Shown: positions 44,390 through 54,453 of the stretch, piece after piece
How the letters are laid out: every line of letters begins with the position of its first letter
Numbering within the stretch: position 1 is the stretch's first letter
Assembly (NCBI GenBank): GCA_017466685.1
Contig: JAFTTS010000118.1
Coordinates: 9,899 to 73,898, forward strand
Reading direction: 5' to 3'
DNA: 64,000 nt
Origin: Clostridia bacterium
Lineage (GTDB): Bacteria > Bacillota > Clostridia > Oscillospirales > CAG-272
Made by a program: the position numbers and the translations under genes
Notes under the pieces: model-generated
Told to the model about the DNA's origin: nothing
What the model saw: only the letters and a program-made list of their open reading frames with translations
Databases searched by the model: none

Positions 44390-44970
44390 TTTGTCTCCTC
44401 CTTTTTCGTAAGCTTTCCGATAAGATAAACAAGAAGTCCGAGAGTGCCGCTTATCAGGATATAGAATACCGCGGAGAATTTAACGGCAAAGATCGAGAAT
44501 AAAAGCATACAAACGATCGTCGCTGAGAAAACAATAATATTGAAAGCATTCTTCTTGAGTCCCTTACCCATTTTGATACCTGCCGAAATAATAAGGTAAA
44601 CAACGCAAGCCTGAATACCTCTGAACGCATATTCAACATAAGTCAGCGTGAGGAATTTATCGAAGAACAGCGAGATTGTATAAATGATAACAAAGGACGG
44701 AATACAAACCGCAACAGTCGCAAAAGCCGAGCCGAGGACTCCTGCCAGCTTGTAACCGATATAGGTTGACGAATTTATGGCGATCGGACCGGGCGTTGAC
44801 TCCGCGATTGCGATTATATCGAGGAACTCTTCTTTTTCGAGCCATTTTTTCTTTGAAACGAACTCATTTTCGAGAAGCGCGATCATTGCATATCCGCCAC
44901 CGAATGTGAAAAGACCTATCTTGAGCATAGTCAAAAACAGATCAAGTATGATTTTTGTTTTTTTCATCAT
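44386..44970 (-). CDS. chrA: Chromate transporter (ChrA) half-size subunit
   Basis: 194 aa. TFGGGYAMIALLENEF...ESTPGPIAINSSTYIGY. It overlaps its partner gene by 4 nt. Confidence 0.85.
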   Translation of the reverse strand: MMKKTKIILDLFLTMLKIGLFTFGGGYAMIALLENEFVSKKKWLEKEEFLDIIAIAESTPGPIAINSSTYIGYKLAGVLGSAFATVAVCIPSFVIIYTISLFFDKFLTLTYVEYAFRGIQACVVYLIISAGIKMGKGLKKNAFNIIVFSATIVCMLLFSIFAVKFSAVFYILISGTLGLLVYLIGKLTKKEETK

Positions 44971-45094
44971 TTACTCCTATCAAAATTTAAACTTGTATAA
45001 ATCAACTCTAACTATTTTACTATAATCTTCCCTCAAAGTCAAGTCTTTTAAAATAAAAGAAAAAACGAATTTTAAAAAATATTTCAAAAACCTA

Positions 45095-45123
45095 TTGACA
45101 TTTCGGAAACTGTGTGATATAAT
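45095..45123 (+). promoter_or_regulatory. Strong sigma-A promoter of the rplJL operon
   Basis: TTGACA-17 nt-TATAAT with a TG extension (TTGACATTTCGGAAACTGTGTGATATAAT). Confidence 0.8.
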
Positions 45124-45129
45124 AACAGA

Positions 45130-45300
45130 GTTGAATCCATAGACCGTAGGTTGCAGGGTGCAAATATGTGCTCCGTGTAAAAGGGAAACCTTCCTGCCGA
45201 GGATGAACTTTATGAATATAAGAATATAATTCTGCATTTGTGAAGTCCCTCGTCGAGTCTTGAATTCGATCGAAGGATTTTTTTATTTTTATCGGGAGGT
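45130..45300 (+). ncRNA. Ribosomal protein L10 (rplJ) leader with terminal attenuator hairpin
   Basis: A leader of about 175 nt lies between the promoter and the rplJ RBS. Near its 3' end CCCTCGTCGA (45247-45256) pairs with TCGATCGAAGG (45266-45276), followed by ATTTTTTTATTTTT. This fits the transcription-attenuation type L10 leader of Firmicutes. The upstream fold was not modelled. Confidence 0.6.
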
Positions 45301-45306
45301 GAAATC

Positions 45307-45828
45307 ATGGCAAGTGAGAAGATTTTAACCCAGAAAAAGCAGATGGTTGCAGATCTTACTGAAAAGATTCAGGCATCATCCGCAGGTGTTATCGTTAACT
45401 ACTCCGGTATTACTGTTGCTGACGACACCGCTCTGCGTGCGGCTCTCCGTAAGGCAGGCGTTGAATACAGCGTATACAAGAACTCTATTACCGGCAGAGC
45501 GTGCGAAGCAGCAGGCTACGCTGACCTTAAGCAGGTTCTCGAAGGCATGACCGCTATCGCAGTTGCTACCGATGACCCGGTCGCTCCCGCAAAGATCCTC
45601 AAGGAATACGCTGATAAGATCGAAAGTTTCGAGCTTAAGGGCGGTTTCGTTGATGGAAAGGTGCTGGACGCAAAGGGCGTTGAAGAGCTCGCAGCAATCC
45701 CGCCGAAGCCTATTCTGGTTGGCAAGATGCTCGGTTCGCTTCAGAAATCGCTCTACGGTCTTGCTTATGTACTTCAGGCAAAGATCGACAAGGAAAACGG
45801 TGGAGCAGAGGCTCCCGCAGAGGCGTAA
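45307..45828 (+). CDS. rplJ: 50S ribosomal protein L10
   Basis: 173 aa. It has a typical L10 sequence (VADLTEKIQASSAGVIVNYSGITVADDTALRAALRKAGVEYSVYKN) and lies upstream of rplL. Confidence 0.95.
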   Translation: MASEKILTQKKQMVADLTEKIQASSAGVIVNYSGITVADDTALRAALRKAGVEYSVYKNSITGRACEAAGYADLKQVLEGMTAIAVATDDPVAPAKILKEYADKIESFELKGGFVDGKVLDAKGVEELAAIPPKPILVGKMLGSLQKSLYGLAYVLQAKIDKENGGAEAPAEA

Positions 45829-45889
45829 GTTCGCCACGGCGTAATATAACGCCAAACAAAATTAATTTTATAATTGGAGGTTACTTAAA

Positions 45890-46267
45890 ATGGCTACCGA
45901 AAAGATCACAAACATTCTTGAAGAAATCAAAACTCTTACCATTCTTGAACTCGCAGACCTCGTAAAGGCTCTCGAGGAGGAGTTCGGCGTATCCGCTGCT
46001 CCTGTTGCAGTTGCCGGTGCTGCTGCTCCTGCTGCCGCTGCTGCAGCTGAAGAAAAGACCGAATTCGACGTTGTACTTGCTGACGCTGGTGCTAACAAGC
46101 TCGCAGTTATCAAGGTTGTACGCGAACTCACAGGTCTCGGCCTTAAGGACGCTAAGGATCTCGTTGAAGGCGCTCCCAAGACCATCAAGGAAGGCGCATC
46201 CAAGGAAGACGCTGAAGCTATCAAGGCTAAGCTCGCTGAGGCTGGCGCAGCTGTTGAACTTAAGTAA
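45890..46267 (+). CDS. rplL: 50S ribosomal protein L7/L12
   Basis: 125 aa with an Ala-rich hinge and the conserved C-terminal domain [33 protein letters not shown]. Confidence 0.96.
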   Translation: MATEKITNILEEIKTLTILELADLVKALEEEFGVSAAPVAVAGAAAPAAAAAAEEKTEFDVVLADAGANKLAVIKVVRELTGLGLKDAKDLVEGAPKTIKEGASKEDAEAIKAKLAEAGAAVELK

Positions 46268-46284
46268 TTTAGGTTTAATATTTA

Positions 46285-46319
46285 AGGACTGTCACATTTA
46301 CGGCAGTCCTTTTTCTTTT
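46285..46319 (+). terminator. Rho-independent terminator after rplL
   Basis: AGGACTG (46285-46291) pairs with CAGTCCT (46304-46310), followed by TTTTTCTTTT. Confidence 0.8.
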
Positions 46320-46373
46320 GTTAAGCTACGGGCATATTTGCAAAGACGAACACGAACCATAGCTTTTTGATAT

Positions 46374-46402
46374 TTTACATTTCCCTCCCCGTGTGATATA
46401 AT
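46374..46402 (+). promoter_or_regulatory. Sigma-A promoter for the DUF554/LysR pair
   Basis: TTTACA-17 nt-TATAAT with a TG extension (…CCCCGTGTGATATAAT). Confidence 0.55.
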
Positions 46403-46434
46403 ATAGTATATTATCTGTTCAAACGAGGAAATAA

Positions 46435-47121
46435 ATGGGAATACTTATCAACGCCTGTACGATCATGCTCGGCGGACTTTTCGGGAGTCTTTTCAAGTCA
46501 CGGCTTGCCTTTAAAAATTCGAGCATTTTCGGGATCAGTGTCATTCTTATAAGCACAATCGGTTTTATCGAAAATATATTCGGCGTATCGGGACAAAGTC
46601 TTGAAAGCTCGGGACTTTTTATCGTGGTTTTCGCGCTTGTCATAGGTTGGACGTTCGGCGAATGGTTACGGATGGACGACAAATTAAGCACTCTAGCCGG
46701 CACGAAAAACGCATATATGAACGCTTTTATAGATTCCACAGTCTTTTTCGGAATCGGCGGACTGCAAATCTGCGGCCCGATACTGTTAGCACTCGAGCAT
46801 GACAGCTCACAGCTCTATTTAAAAAGCGTCATCGACTTCCCTTTTGCACTCATGTTCGGTGCAATATACGGAAAAACGGTCATGTTGTCTGCCATTCCCG
46901 TTGCAGGAATACAGACACTCATCGCTCTTGCGGCGTATTTTTCGGGCGCATATATCAGTGACGCCATGCTCGGACAGCTCTGCTCCATAGGATATATAAT
47001 CCTCTTTTTCAGCGGATTCAATCTGCTCTGCGAAAATCAGCAGAAAATAAAAAACGTTAACATGATTCCGGCAATTCTCGTAATAATATTATTCAACCTC
47101 ACGTTGAATCTTTGGAGGTAA
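46435..47121 (+). CDS. DUF554-family membrane protein
   Basis: 228 aa. The N-terminus MGILINACTIMLGGLFGSLFK and the overall hydrophobic pattern are typical of DUF554 (YdfK/YqgA-like). Confidence 0.72.
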   Translation: MGILINACTIMLGGLFGSLFKSRLAFKNSSIFGISVILISTIGFIENIFGVSGQSLESSGLFIVVFALVIGWTFGEWLRMDDKLSTLAGTKNAYMNAFIDSTVFFGIGGLQICGPILLALEHDSSQLYLKSVIDFPFALMFGAIYGKTVMLSAIPVAGIQTLIALAAYFSGAYISDAMLGQLCSIGYIILFFSGFNLLCENQQKIKNVNMIPAILVIILFNLTLNLWR

Positions 47122-47123
47122 AA

Positions 47124-48032
47124 ATGACTATCCAACAATGTATATACGCCATCGAAATTGCAAAAACCGGTTCATTCAGCAGAGCCGCAAAACAGCTTTT
47201 CATCGCGCAGTCAAGCTTATCGAGCAGTATAAAATCTCTCGAATCGGAGCTTAATATAACCATATTCGAACGCTCGAAAAACGGAGTGTTTCTGACTGGG
47301 GAGGGTGCTGAATTTATCAGGTATGCCGAGCAGATCGTCGAGCAGAATGAGTTTATACTGAATCGCTACAGTACACCTGCAGACCGCAAAAAGCTCTACG
47401 TTTCAACACAGCATTATGACTTCGTTGCGGACGTTTTCTGCAGGCTGCTGCGCGAAACATCGGAGGAAAACTTCGATTTTTCAATACGTGAGATACAAAC
47501 CTATGAGGTCATTCATGAGGTTGAGACCGCTTACAGTGACATCGGTATAATCGCAATCAAGGACAGCGATTTTGATATCATGAGCCGCTATCTTAGCAAA
47601 AAAGGACTTAACTTTACGCAGTTTCTTAAAGTACCGCCGCACGTTTTCATAAGGCGCGGTCATCCTCTTTCGGAAAAAGACACTCTGACATACGAAGCCC
47701 TGCGAGGTTTCCCGTACGTATCATACGAGCAAGGCTCACACAACACATCGTTTTTCACAGAGGAGCTTGCTGACGGTCTGACTCCCGAAAAGCACGTCAA
47801 AATAAGCGACCGTGCAACACTGATGAATGTCCTCCTGACAACCGATTGTTACACTGTCGGCACGGGAATAATCCCATCCGCACTTAACGACGGAAAGATC
47901 GTATGCATACCGATGCCGAGCGACTCCTTTTACCGCATCGGTTACATTTTACGAAATGACCGAAACACATCACCACTTACAAAAAAGCTCATAAATCTCC
48001 TTTGTGACTTCTCAGCTCAGTATAGTAAATAA
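47124..48032 (+). CDS. LysR-family transcriptional regulator
   Basis: The start is ATG 47124 (GGAGG 7 nt upstream). The wHTH region is IQQCIYAIEIAKTGSFSRAAKQLFIAQSSLSSSIKSLESEL. The C-terminal substrate-binding fold has the expected length. Confidence 0.88.
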   Translation: MTIQQCIYAIEIAKTGSFSRAAKQLFIAQSSLSSSIKSLESELNITIFERSKNGVFLTGEGAEFIRYAEQIVEQNEFILNRYSTPADRKKLYVSTQHYDFVADVFCRLLRETSEENFDFSIREIQTYEVIHEVETAYSDIGIIAIKDSDFDIMSRYLSKKGLNFTQFLKVPPHVFIRRGHPLSEKDTLTYEALRGFPYVSYEQGSHNTSFFTEELADGLTPEKHVKISDRATLMNVLLTTDCYTVGTGIIPSALNDGKIVCIPMPSDSFYRIGYILRNDRNTSPLTKKLINLLCDFSAQYSK

Positions 48033-48042
48033 CAAAAAGATC

Positions 48043-48082
48043 CGCCACAGGCTGAAAAAATGCCGAGTGGCGTTCTTTATTT
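48043..48082 (+). terminator. Weak hairpin after the LysR gene
   Basis: CGCCAC (48043-48048) pairs with GTGGCG (48067-48072), followed by TTCTTTATTT. The stem is short and the loop long. Confidence 0.35.
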
Positions 48083-50078
48083 AAAAAAGCAATGTCACAG
48101 CACGAGTCAGCGCACACAGTGCAAAGCCAATAAATGTCGGAATAGCAACGGAAAGCAAAGTGTAACCGAAGCTTCCCGTTTCTTTTTTTATCGTCAGCAC
48201 CGTGGTCGAGCATGGGAAATGGAACACGGTCAGTATCAGCATATTGAGATATTGGAGTGTTTCCCAACCGTTCAAAGCGAGCAGCTCCGCAATGCCGCTG
48301 TCCGTGCCGAGTACACCTGTCCCGGTATATCCCATCAACACAAGCGGAAGAACGATCTCGTTTGCCGGGAAACCGAGAATAAAAGCGCAGATAACAACAC
48401 CGTCAAGTCCGATAAAGTGTCCTATAGGATCGAAAAAGGCTGTGATATGCGAAAACAAACTCGCTTCACCGACGTAAACATTCGCAAGCAGCCATATTAC
48501 AAGTCCGGCAGGAGCTGCAACCGCTGCCGCACGTCCGAGGACAAAGAGTGTGCGGTCAAATATCGAACGAACGATCACACGTCCGATCTGCGGTTTACGG
48601 TAAGACGGCAGCTCAAGCGTAAAGCCCGACGGCGTACCGCGAAGCAACGTCACCGATAATATTTTCGATACAACCAACGTCATTAGAACCCCTGCAACCA
48701 CAACCGTCAGCATAACCGCTGCGCTCATACTTCCCGAGCAAAGTAATGCCGATATTGTGATAAGTATCGGGAAGCGACCGTTACACGGCATAAAGCTGTT
48801 TGTCAGTATCGCTATCATTCGTTCTCTCGGTGAATCTATAATGCGGCAGCCGACAACACCGGCAGCATTACATCCGAGTCCCATACACATGGTGAGTGAC
48901 TGTTTTCCGCAAGCAGATGAGCGATAAAATGCGCCGTCAAGATTGAACGCGATACGCCCGAGCAGACCGAAATCCTCCATAAGCGTAAAAAGCGGAAAGA
49001 ATATTGCCATCGGAGGAAGCATGACCGAGACAACACGGAATAATGTACGCATCACGCCAAGAACGAGCAGATCACGAAGCGAATCGGGTAACACTCCCGC
49101 AAGAGAATAAAGCCCTGACTCAACAATATCAAAAAACGACTGAAGTGCCGCAGAGGGATAATTTGAGCCGACGATGGTTAAGTAAAATATTCCTGCAAGC
49201 ATGAGAAGCATCAAGGGTATAGAAAAGATACGATGCGTCACAATACGGTCAAGCTTCCTGTCACGTTCACTGTAACCGCATGAGTTCTCGCAAAAAACCG
49301 CCTCACAAGCGATACCCTCTGAAATAATAATCGGTCTTGCAAGCAGCATTTCTTCAAAATTCCCCGTCCACGAAAGTCTTTTTTTCGCTTCGACTATTTC
49401 GGGGATTTTTTCTTCCGTGCTTAACCACGCTTCAATTATCTCACCGCGTGAATAACCGAGTGACGAACATTTTTCAAGCTCAACCTCCACGTCGGGCGGA
49501 TAAAAAAGCGGACTTTGCCTATTCTCTTCCGAAAATTCTGCTGTTTTTCTTATAAGCTCACACAATGCGGCAATTCCCTCTCGGTTTCGTGCGCTTGTCG
49601 ATGCAACAGGAACACCGAGCCGCTTTGAAAGAATATCGGTGTCAACAGTTATTCCGCGTTTTTTTGCCTCGTCAATAAGATTCACGCAAACGACGACACG
49701 CGGTGTCAATTCGATTATCTGCAGAGCAAGAGTGAGACTTCTTTCAAGATTTGTCGCATCGCAAACAACGACGGTGACGTCCGCATTACCGCTTTTTATA
49801 AAGTCACGTGCGACCTCCTCTTCGGGCGAATGTGAACGAAGCGAGTACGTGCCGGGCAGATCGACAAAGGTAATGTCCTCATGCTTTGAATGTCCGATTG
49901 CCGTTGTAACAGTTTTCCCCGTCCAGTTTCCCGTGTGCTGATCAAGTCCCGTCAGTGCATTGAAGAGTGAGCTTTTGCCGACGTTCGGATTTCCTGCAAG
50001 AGCCGCAGTATATTTGCATCTGCCGTTTTCCATAGTACCGCGTGCACCCTTGCCGACAGATGAATGTGTCAGTCCCAT
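48081..50078 (-). CDS. feoB: Ferrous iron transporter FeoB (copy 1)
   Basis: 665 aa. G-domain motifs GNPNVGKSSLFNALTG and DLPGTYSL, followed by a polytopic membrane domain. The start is uncertain: ATG 50078 overlaps feoA, and ATG 50033 is an alternative. Confidence 0.92.
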   Translation of the reverse strand: MGLTHSSVGKGARGTMENGRCKYTAALAGNPNVGKSSLFNALTGLDQHTGNWTGKTVTTAIGHSKHEDITFVDLPGTYSLRSHSPEEEVARDFIKSGNADVTVVVCDATNLERSLTLALQIIELTPRVVVCVNLIDEAKKRGITVDTDILSKRLGVPVASTSARNREGIAALCELIRKTAEFSEENRQSPLFYPPDVEVELEKCSSLGYSRGEIIEAWLSTEEKIPEIVEAKKRLSWTGNFEEMLLARPIIISEGIACEAVFCENSCGYSERDRKLDRIVTHRIFSIPLMLLMLAGIFYLTIVGSNYPSAALQSFFDIVESGLYSLAGVLPDSLRDLLVLGVMRTLFRVVSVMLPPMAIFFPLFTLMEDFGLLGRIAFNLDGAFYRSSACGKQSLTMCMGLGCNAAGVVGCRIIDSPRERMIAILTNSFMPCNGRFPILITISALLCSGSMSAAVMLTVVVAGVLMTLVVSKILSVTLLRGTPSGFTLELPSYRKPQIGRVIVRSIFDRTLFVLGRAAAVAAPAGLVIWLLANVYVGEASLFSHITAFFDPIGHFIGLDGVVICAFILGFPANEIVLPLVLMGYTGTGVLGTDSGIAELLALNGWETLQYLNMLILTVFHFPCSTTVLTIKKETGSFGYTLLSVAIPTFIGFALCALTRAVTLLF

Positions 50079-50347
50079 ACTTCTTTACCGCCTCTTGTGA
50101 CAAATCCGATTTTTACGTTTTTCGCATCATTTCGCCGCAGTGCAATAAGTGCTCCCCTGATGAGATATGCCAGAGGACCGCTCATAGGTGCCGCAGCAGC
50201 ACATTCAACCAAGGTCCCCGAAACAAAACCAAGGTCACAAAGCCGCTGACACAATTCTCCCTTTGCCGCACTGTATATAATCGCCGTATCTCCCGGACGC
50301 ATATCCGATAAACAGGCTTCATTTTTAAATGATTCTTTGTTTTTCAA
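50069..50347 (-). CDS. feoA: FeoA-domain protein
   Basis: 92 aa. LSDMRPGDTAIIYS...LCDLGFVSGTLVE...IRGALIALRRNDA is the SH3-like FeoA pattern. TTG start with GAGGTG 5 nt upstream. Confidence 0.85.
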   Translation of the reverse strand: MKNKESFKNEACLSDMRPGDTAIIYSAAKGELCQRLCDLGFVSGTLVECAAAAPMSGPLAYLIRGALIALRRNDAKNVKIGFVTRGGKEVWD

Positions 50348-50454
50348 GCTATCACCTCGATACAGTATATTAAATCCGGCGCCGTTTGGTTTCTCTTTAT
50401 TGAAACGGTATTTTCACGCAAACGGAAGTATATGTAATATATTGCACGCCCCAC

Positions 50455-50483
50455 TTGATTTGTCGGCGAAAATGTGGTATACT
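50455..50483 (+). promoter_or_regulatory. Sigma-A promoter for the dehydrogenase/pepT pair
   Basis: TTGATT-17 nt-TATACT with a TG extension (TTGATTTGTCGGCGAAAATGTGGTATACT). Confidence 0.55.
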
Positions 50484-50515
50484 GTATATAATAAAGTTAA
50501 ATTCATGGAGGCAAT

Positions 50516-51469
50516 ATGAAGATTGTAGTTCTTGACGGATTTGCTGTCAACCCGGGCGATTTAAGCTGGGATTTTTTCAAAAAATACGGTGAGGTGGAGG
50601 TTTTCGCCAAAACGCCCGACTCCGAATGTGCAGAAAAATGTGTCGGCGCAACGGCTGTCTACACAAATCGCGCAAAAATAACCGACGAGCTGCTTGATAA
50701 ATGCCCGACGATCAAATATGTGTCCGCGCTCGGCACAGGCTTTGACATGATCGATATCGATGCCTGCAAAAAGCGAGGTGTTGCCGTTGTCAATATTCCG
50801 GCATACTCCACAGCATCCGTTGCACAGTTAACGATACAGTTTTTGCTCACACTGCACGCCGATATTGACGGTATGCAGGGGATCGTTAAGGACGGAATGT
50901 GGACAGGCATACCCGGATATCAGTATCAGCGTGTACTCTTCACCGAACTCGAGGGACTGACGCTCGGACTCGTCGGCTGCGGAAATATCGGCGGTCGTGT
51001 TGCATCGGCTGCATCGGCACTCGGTATGCGTATCCTCGCTCACACGGCACACAGCCACGATGACACCGACATAATCAAATATGTTCCGCTTGACACGCTT
51101 CTCGGTGAAGCTGATACAGTCTCCCTCCACTGTCCGCTCAACGATTCAACACGCGGCATGGTAAACGCGCAGTTTATTGCAAAAATGAAGGACGGCGCAC
51201 GTCTCATTAACACCTCACGCGGTGCAGTACTCAATGAAAAGGACGTTGCGGATGCACTCAATAGAGGTAAGCTCGCAGGTGCGGCACTCGACGTTCTGGC
51301 AAACGAGCCTGCACTCCCCGAAAATCCGCTTCTCACCGCGAAAAACTGCATCATCACGCCTCATATCGCATGGGCAAGCAAGGCTTCGCGTGAACGTCTG
51401 CTCGCGGTGCTTGATGCTTCGATGGATAACTTCGTTAAAACCGGTGTCGGTCTCAACCGTATTGTGTGA
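50516..51469 (+). CDS. D-isomer-specific 2-hydroxyacid dehydrogenase (glycerate dehydrogenase-like)
   Basis: 317 aa. NAD motif GLVGCGNIGGRVA, catalytic region NTSRGAVLNEKDVADAL...GAALDVL, and ITPHIAWAS. Confidence 0.88.
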   Translation: MKIVVLDGFAVNPGDLSWDFFKKYGEVEVFAKTPDSECAEKCVGATAVYTNRAKITDELLDKCPTIKYVSALGTGFDMIDIDACKKRGVAVVNIPAYSTASVAQLTIQFLLTLHADIDGMQGIVKDGMWTGIPGYQYQRVLFTELEGLTLGLVGCGNIGGRVASAASALGMRILAHTAHSHDDTDIIKYVPLDTLLGEADTVSLHCPLNDSTRGMVNAQFIAKMKDGARLINTSRGAVLNEKDVADALNRGKLAGAALDVLANEPALPENPLLTAKNCIITPHIAWASKASRERLLAVLDASMDNFVKTGVGLNRIV

Positions 51470-51480
51470 GGTACACCAAA

Positions 51481-52704
51481 ATGAAAGCATACGAAAGACT
51501 TATAAAATACGCCTCTTTCCCGACTGCATCTGACGAAAATAACGAGCACTGCCCGTCAACACCAACACAGCTCGAATTTGCAAAAGCACTTGAAACCGAG
51601 CTTCGTGAGCTTGGGCTTGACGAGGTGACACTCGATGAAAACGGTTACCTTTTCGCAACCGTGCCTGCGGTGAGGGGATATGAGGATGCACCCGTGATCG
51701 GCTTTATCGCACACATGGATGTTTCGCCCGAGGTTGAGGATAAAAACGTCCGTGCACATACCGTCAAATATAACGGCGGAGACGTTGTTCTGAATGATGA
51801 GCTTAACATCGTCATGAGCGAGAGTGAATATCCGATTCTCAAAAATTACGTCGGCAAAACACTCGTCGTCACAGACGGCACAACACTGCTCGGCGCTGAC
51901 GATAAAGCAGGTATCGCCGAAATAATCTCCGCCTGTGAAATTCTGCTTGCAGACGAAACCATTCCGCACGGAAAAATACGCATCGGCTTCACTCCCGATG
52001 AGGAGATCGGACGCGGAGCTGATCTTTTCGACGTTGAGAGCTTCGGCGCAAAATGGGCATATACGCTTGATGGCGCAATGTTCGGCGAGGTTGAATACGA
52101 AACCTTCAACGCTTCCTCTCTGAAAGTGGAGATAAACGGCAAGAGCATCCATCCCGGTGCGGCAAAAGACACGATGATAAACGCATCCGTCGTTGCTCAT
52201 GAATATATGTCGCTTCTCCCCACACTTGAACGTCCCGAGCACACAAGCGGCTACGAGGGCTTTTATCACCTGACTCACATGGAGGGTGCTGTCGAAAAGG
52301 CGGTTCTCAACTTCATAATCCGTGACCATGATTTTTCCAAAATGGAATACCGCTGTGATTATGCACGCCGTGCGGCAGATGAGCTCAATCGCAAGTACGG
52401 TAACGGCATGGTGAACGTCGAAATCAAGGAAAGCTATCGAAACATGAAAGAGATGATCGTTCCCGAATGGCATCTCATCGACAACGCATATGCCGCAATA
52501 CGTACGCTCGGTGGTGAACCGATAAGCTATCCGGTACGCGGCGGAACAGACGGCAGCCGACTTTCATTTATGGGACTGCCCTGCCCTAACCTCGGAACAG
52601 GCTCACACAATCATCACGGAAAGATGGAATTTGCCTGCGCCGAAGCGATGGATGACTGTGTTATGCAGGTTATCGAGATCGCGAAGCTTTATGCAAAGAA
52701 GTAA
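51481..52704 (+). CDS. pepT: Peptidase T (tripeptide aminopeptidase, M20B)
   Basis: The start is ATG 51481 (GAGGT 9 nt upstream), giving MKAYERLIKYASFPTASDE. Motifs are IGFIAHMDVSPE, LGADDKAGIAEI, FTPDEEIGRGA and the C-terminal HNHHGKMEF. Confidence 0.92.
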   Translation: MKAYERLIKYASFPTASDENNEHCPSTPTQLEFAKALETELRELGLDEVTLDENGYLFATVPAVRGYEDAPVIGFIAHMDVSPEVEDKNVRAHTVKYNGGDVVLNDELNIVMSESEYPILKNYVGKTLVVTDGTTLLGADDKAGIAEIISACEILLADETIPHGKIRIGFTPDEEIGRGADLFDVESFGAKWAYTLDGAMFGEVEYETFNASSLKVEINGKSIHPGAAKDTMINASVVAHEYMSLLPTLERPEHTSGYEGFYHLTHMEGAVEKAVLNFIIRDHDFSKMEYRCDYARRAADELNRKYGNGMVNVEIKESYRNMKEMIVPEWHLIDNAYAAIRTLGGEPISYPVRGGTDGSRLSFMGLPCPNLGTGSHNHHGKMEFACAEAMDDCVMQVIEIAKLYAKK

Positions 52705-52717
52705 ACAGAATAAAATA

Positions 52718-52766
52718 ATATCCCCGATAAACAGCGTAAAACTACCTGTCGGGGATATCTTTATTG
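52718..52766. terminator. Bidirectional hairpin between pepT and the convergent solute-binding-protein gene
   Basis: ATATCCCCGA (52718-52727) pairs with TCGGGGATAT (52749-52758), followed by CTTTATTG. Confidence 0.65.
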
Positions 52767-52795
52767 AACTTATGAAAAGAGGAGCAAATTAAATA

Positions 52796-54250
52796 TTATT
52801 CAGCTTCATCGAGAGCCAGTACGTCAGTGTTGAACTGCTCAATAGCTGCTTCGGAAGCAGGCTGATACTTTGCAAGGTGAGACGAGAATGCGCCTGAGCC
52901 GCCACCGTTCATGATAAGAGCATTAGGTGTATAGAAAAGCTTGTTCATATCGCTGAAGCCGAAGTAGTTAACACCTGCATTATAGGACACGCCGTCAAAG
53001 ATAATATCGAGCATTTCCTTCGAGTCGGGGTCACGTGTCAGCTTTTCGCCGAGCATGATCTCATAGTATGCATACTTAACGGTGTCACCGCTGTAGTAGG
53101 AGAGAAGCTCGATAACCTTGCCGACCATATCGGTGTTCTGTACGGTCTTCGGAACGCACATGAGACCTGACCAGTCATTGGTATAGTAACCGTCCTGGCT
53201 TGCATCAAGCTTCGGATAAGGAAGAATACCGAAGTCAACATCAACGTCACGAAGAATGTAAAGATGTGCTATATTATAGATATTAAAGAGCGATCTGCCC
53301 TTGGAGATATCTACATATTCATCATTTTCAAAGTTTCCTTCAACGTTGTTTCCTCCGCCGTAGTCATAGATCCATGTATCGTTTCCTGCGAGAAGCTGAT
53401 CGAGCTTTTCAACCATCGTGTACGAACGCTCGTTGTCAAATGCAAATTCAAATTCGCCATCCGAGTTTCTTGTTACAAGCTCAACCTCACTTGAGAAGGT
53501 GAAAGAGTTACAGTACCAGTCATTGGGTGCGGTAAGACCGTAGGTGTCAAGATAATTCCATCTTCCGTTACCGTCATCCTTTGTTGCCGATGCCATCATT
53601 TCCATCATCTTGTCGATAGTCCACTCACCGTCGCGAACGAGCTGATACGGATCCTCAAGGTCAAGCTCGTCGATCATACCCTTATTGAAGAGTATGCAGT
53701 TCGGGTCGGAGAGCATATAGTCGGAAACGCCGTAGAAAAGATGACCGTTAACCTCAAGTGCATCCTGAGCCTGCTGATTCCAATACTCTGCATCAAGGTT
53801 GATATCCTCGAATTTATTGAAATCGTAAAGCAGATTCTCGGTGATCATTGCGGAAAGACCTGCAATACAGTGAGTCAGGAAAAGATGATATGTATCATCA
53901 CCTGTCATAACAAGCTCCTGAATCTTCGGACGTACATCCTGGATAGTACCGGTTAAGGTATAGCCGATATCAACGCCGAGATGGTCCTCAACGCTGACCT
54001 CACGCTCATAAATCGCCTTTGTCATAGCATCGGTTCCGGGGTCGTCTGCAAAGAAGTATCTCTGATACATACCGAAATCGGGAGCGTAAATGTTAAACGG
54101 CAGGTTATATTCCGCCGCTTCGATTCCGGCAGGAGCTTCATCGCCATTGTCCTTGTTTTCGTTGTCCTTTTCGGTGTCATCGCCGCCGCAGGCAACAAGC
54201 GAAGTCAGCATAGCCGCAAGCAGTAATGACGAGATAATGCGTTTTTTCAT
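52796..54250 (-). CDS. Extracellular solute-binding lipoprotein (carbohydrate ABC type), orphan in this window
   Basis: I start it at ATG 54250 (GGAGAAAAAC upstream), giving MKKRIISSLLLAAMLTSLVACGG (lipobox). The size and composition fit a family-1 sugar-binding protein. No cognate permease genes are adjacent. Confidence 0.7.
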   Translation of the reverse strand: MKKRIISSLLLAAMLTSLVACGGDDTEKDNENKDNGDEAPAGIEAAEYNLPFNIYAPDFGMYQRYFFADDPGTDAMTKAIYEREVSVEDHLGVDIGYTLTGTIQDVRPKIQELVMTGDDTYHLFLTHCIAGLSAMITENLLYDFNKFEDINLDAEYWNQQAQDALEVNGHLFYGVSDYMLSDPNCILFNKGMIDELDLEDPYQLVRDGEWTIDKMMEMMASATKDDGNGRWNYLDTYGLTAPNDWYCNSFTFSSEVELVTRNSDGEFEFAFDNERSYTMVEKLDQLLAGNDTWIYDYGGGNNVEGNFENDEYVDISKGRSLFNIYNIAHLYILRDVDVDFGILPYPKLDASQDGYYTNDWSGLMCVPKTVQNTDMVGKVIELLSYYSGDTVKYAYYEIMLGEKLTRDPDSKEMLDIIFDGVSYNAGVNYFGFSDMNKLFYTPNALIMNGGGSGAFSSHLAKYQPASEAAIEQFNTDVLALDEAE

Positions 54251-54453
54251 GTTTTTCTCCTTCTTAAAAACAAATATTAACATTGTAATTATATCACTTT
54301 TCCCATCGATTGTCAACTAAAAATGGAAAAAACAATAAAACTACTCGCAAAAATATAGACACACAAAAAATTTTATGCTATAATTATCTCACAGTAAACG
54401 TCAGACGTGAACTCATAACTCATTTTTTCGCAATTTTTGATTTGTTTGTGTAC

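Noticed and set aside
50348-50454. A Fur-box-like operator upstream of feoA.
   Set aside because: I looked for the GATAATGATAATCATTATC-type 19-bp palindrome and found only AT-rich partial matches (AATATATTACATATA). These are not convincing without a genome-specific matrix.
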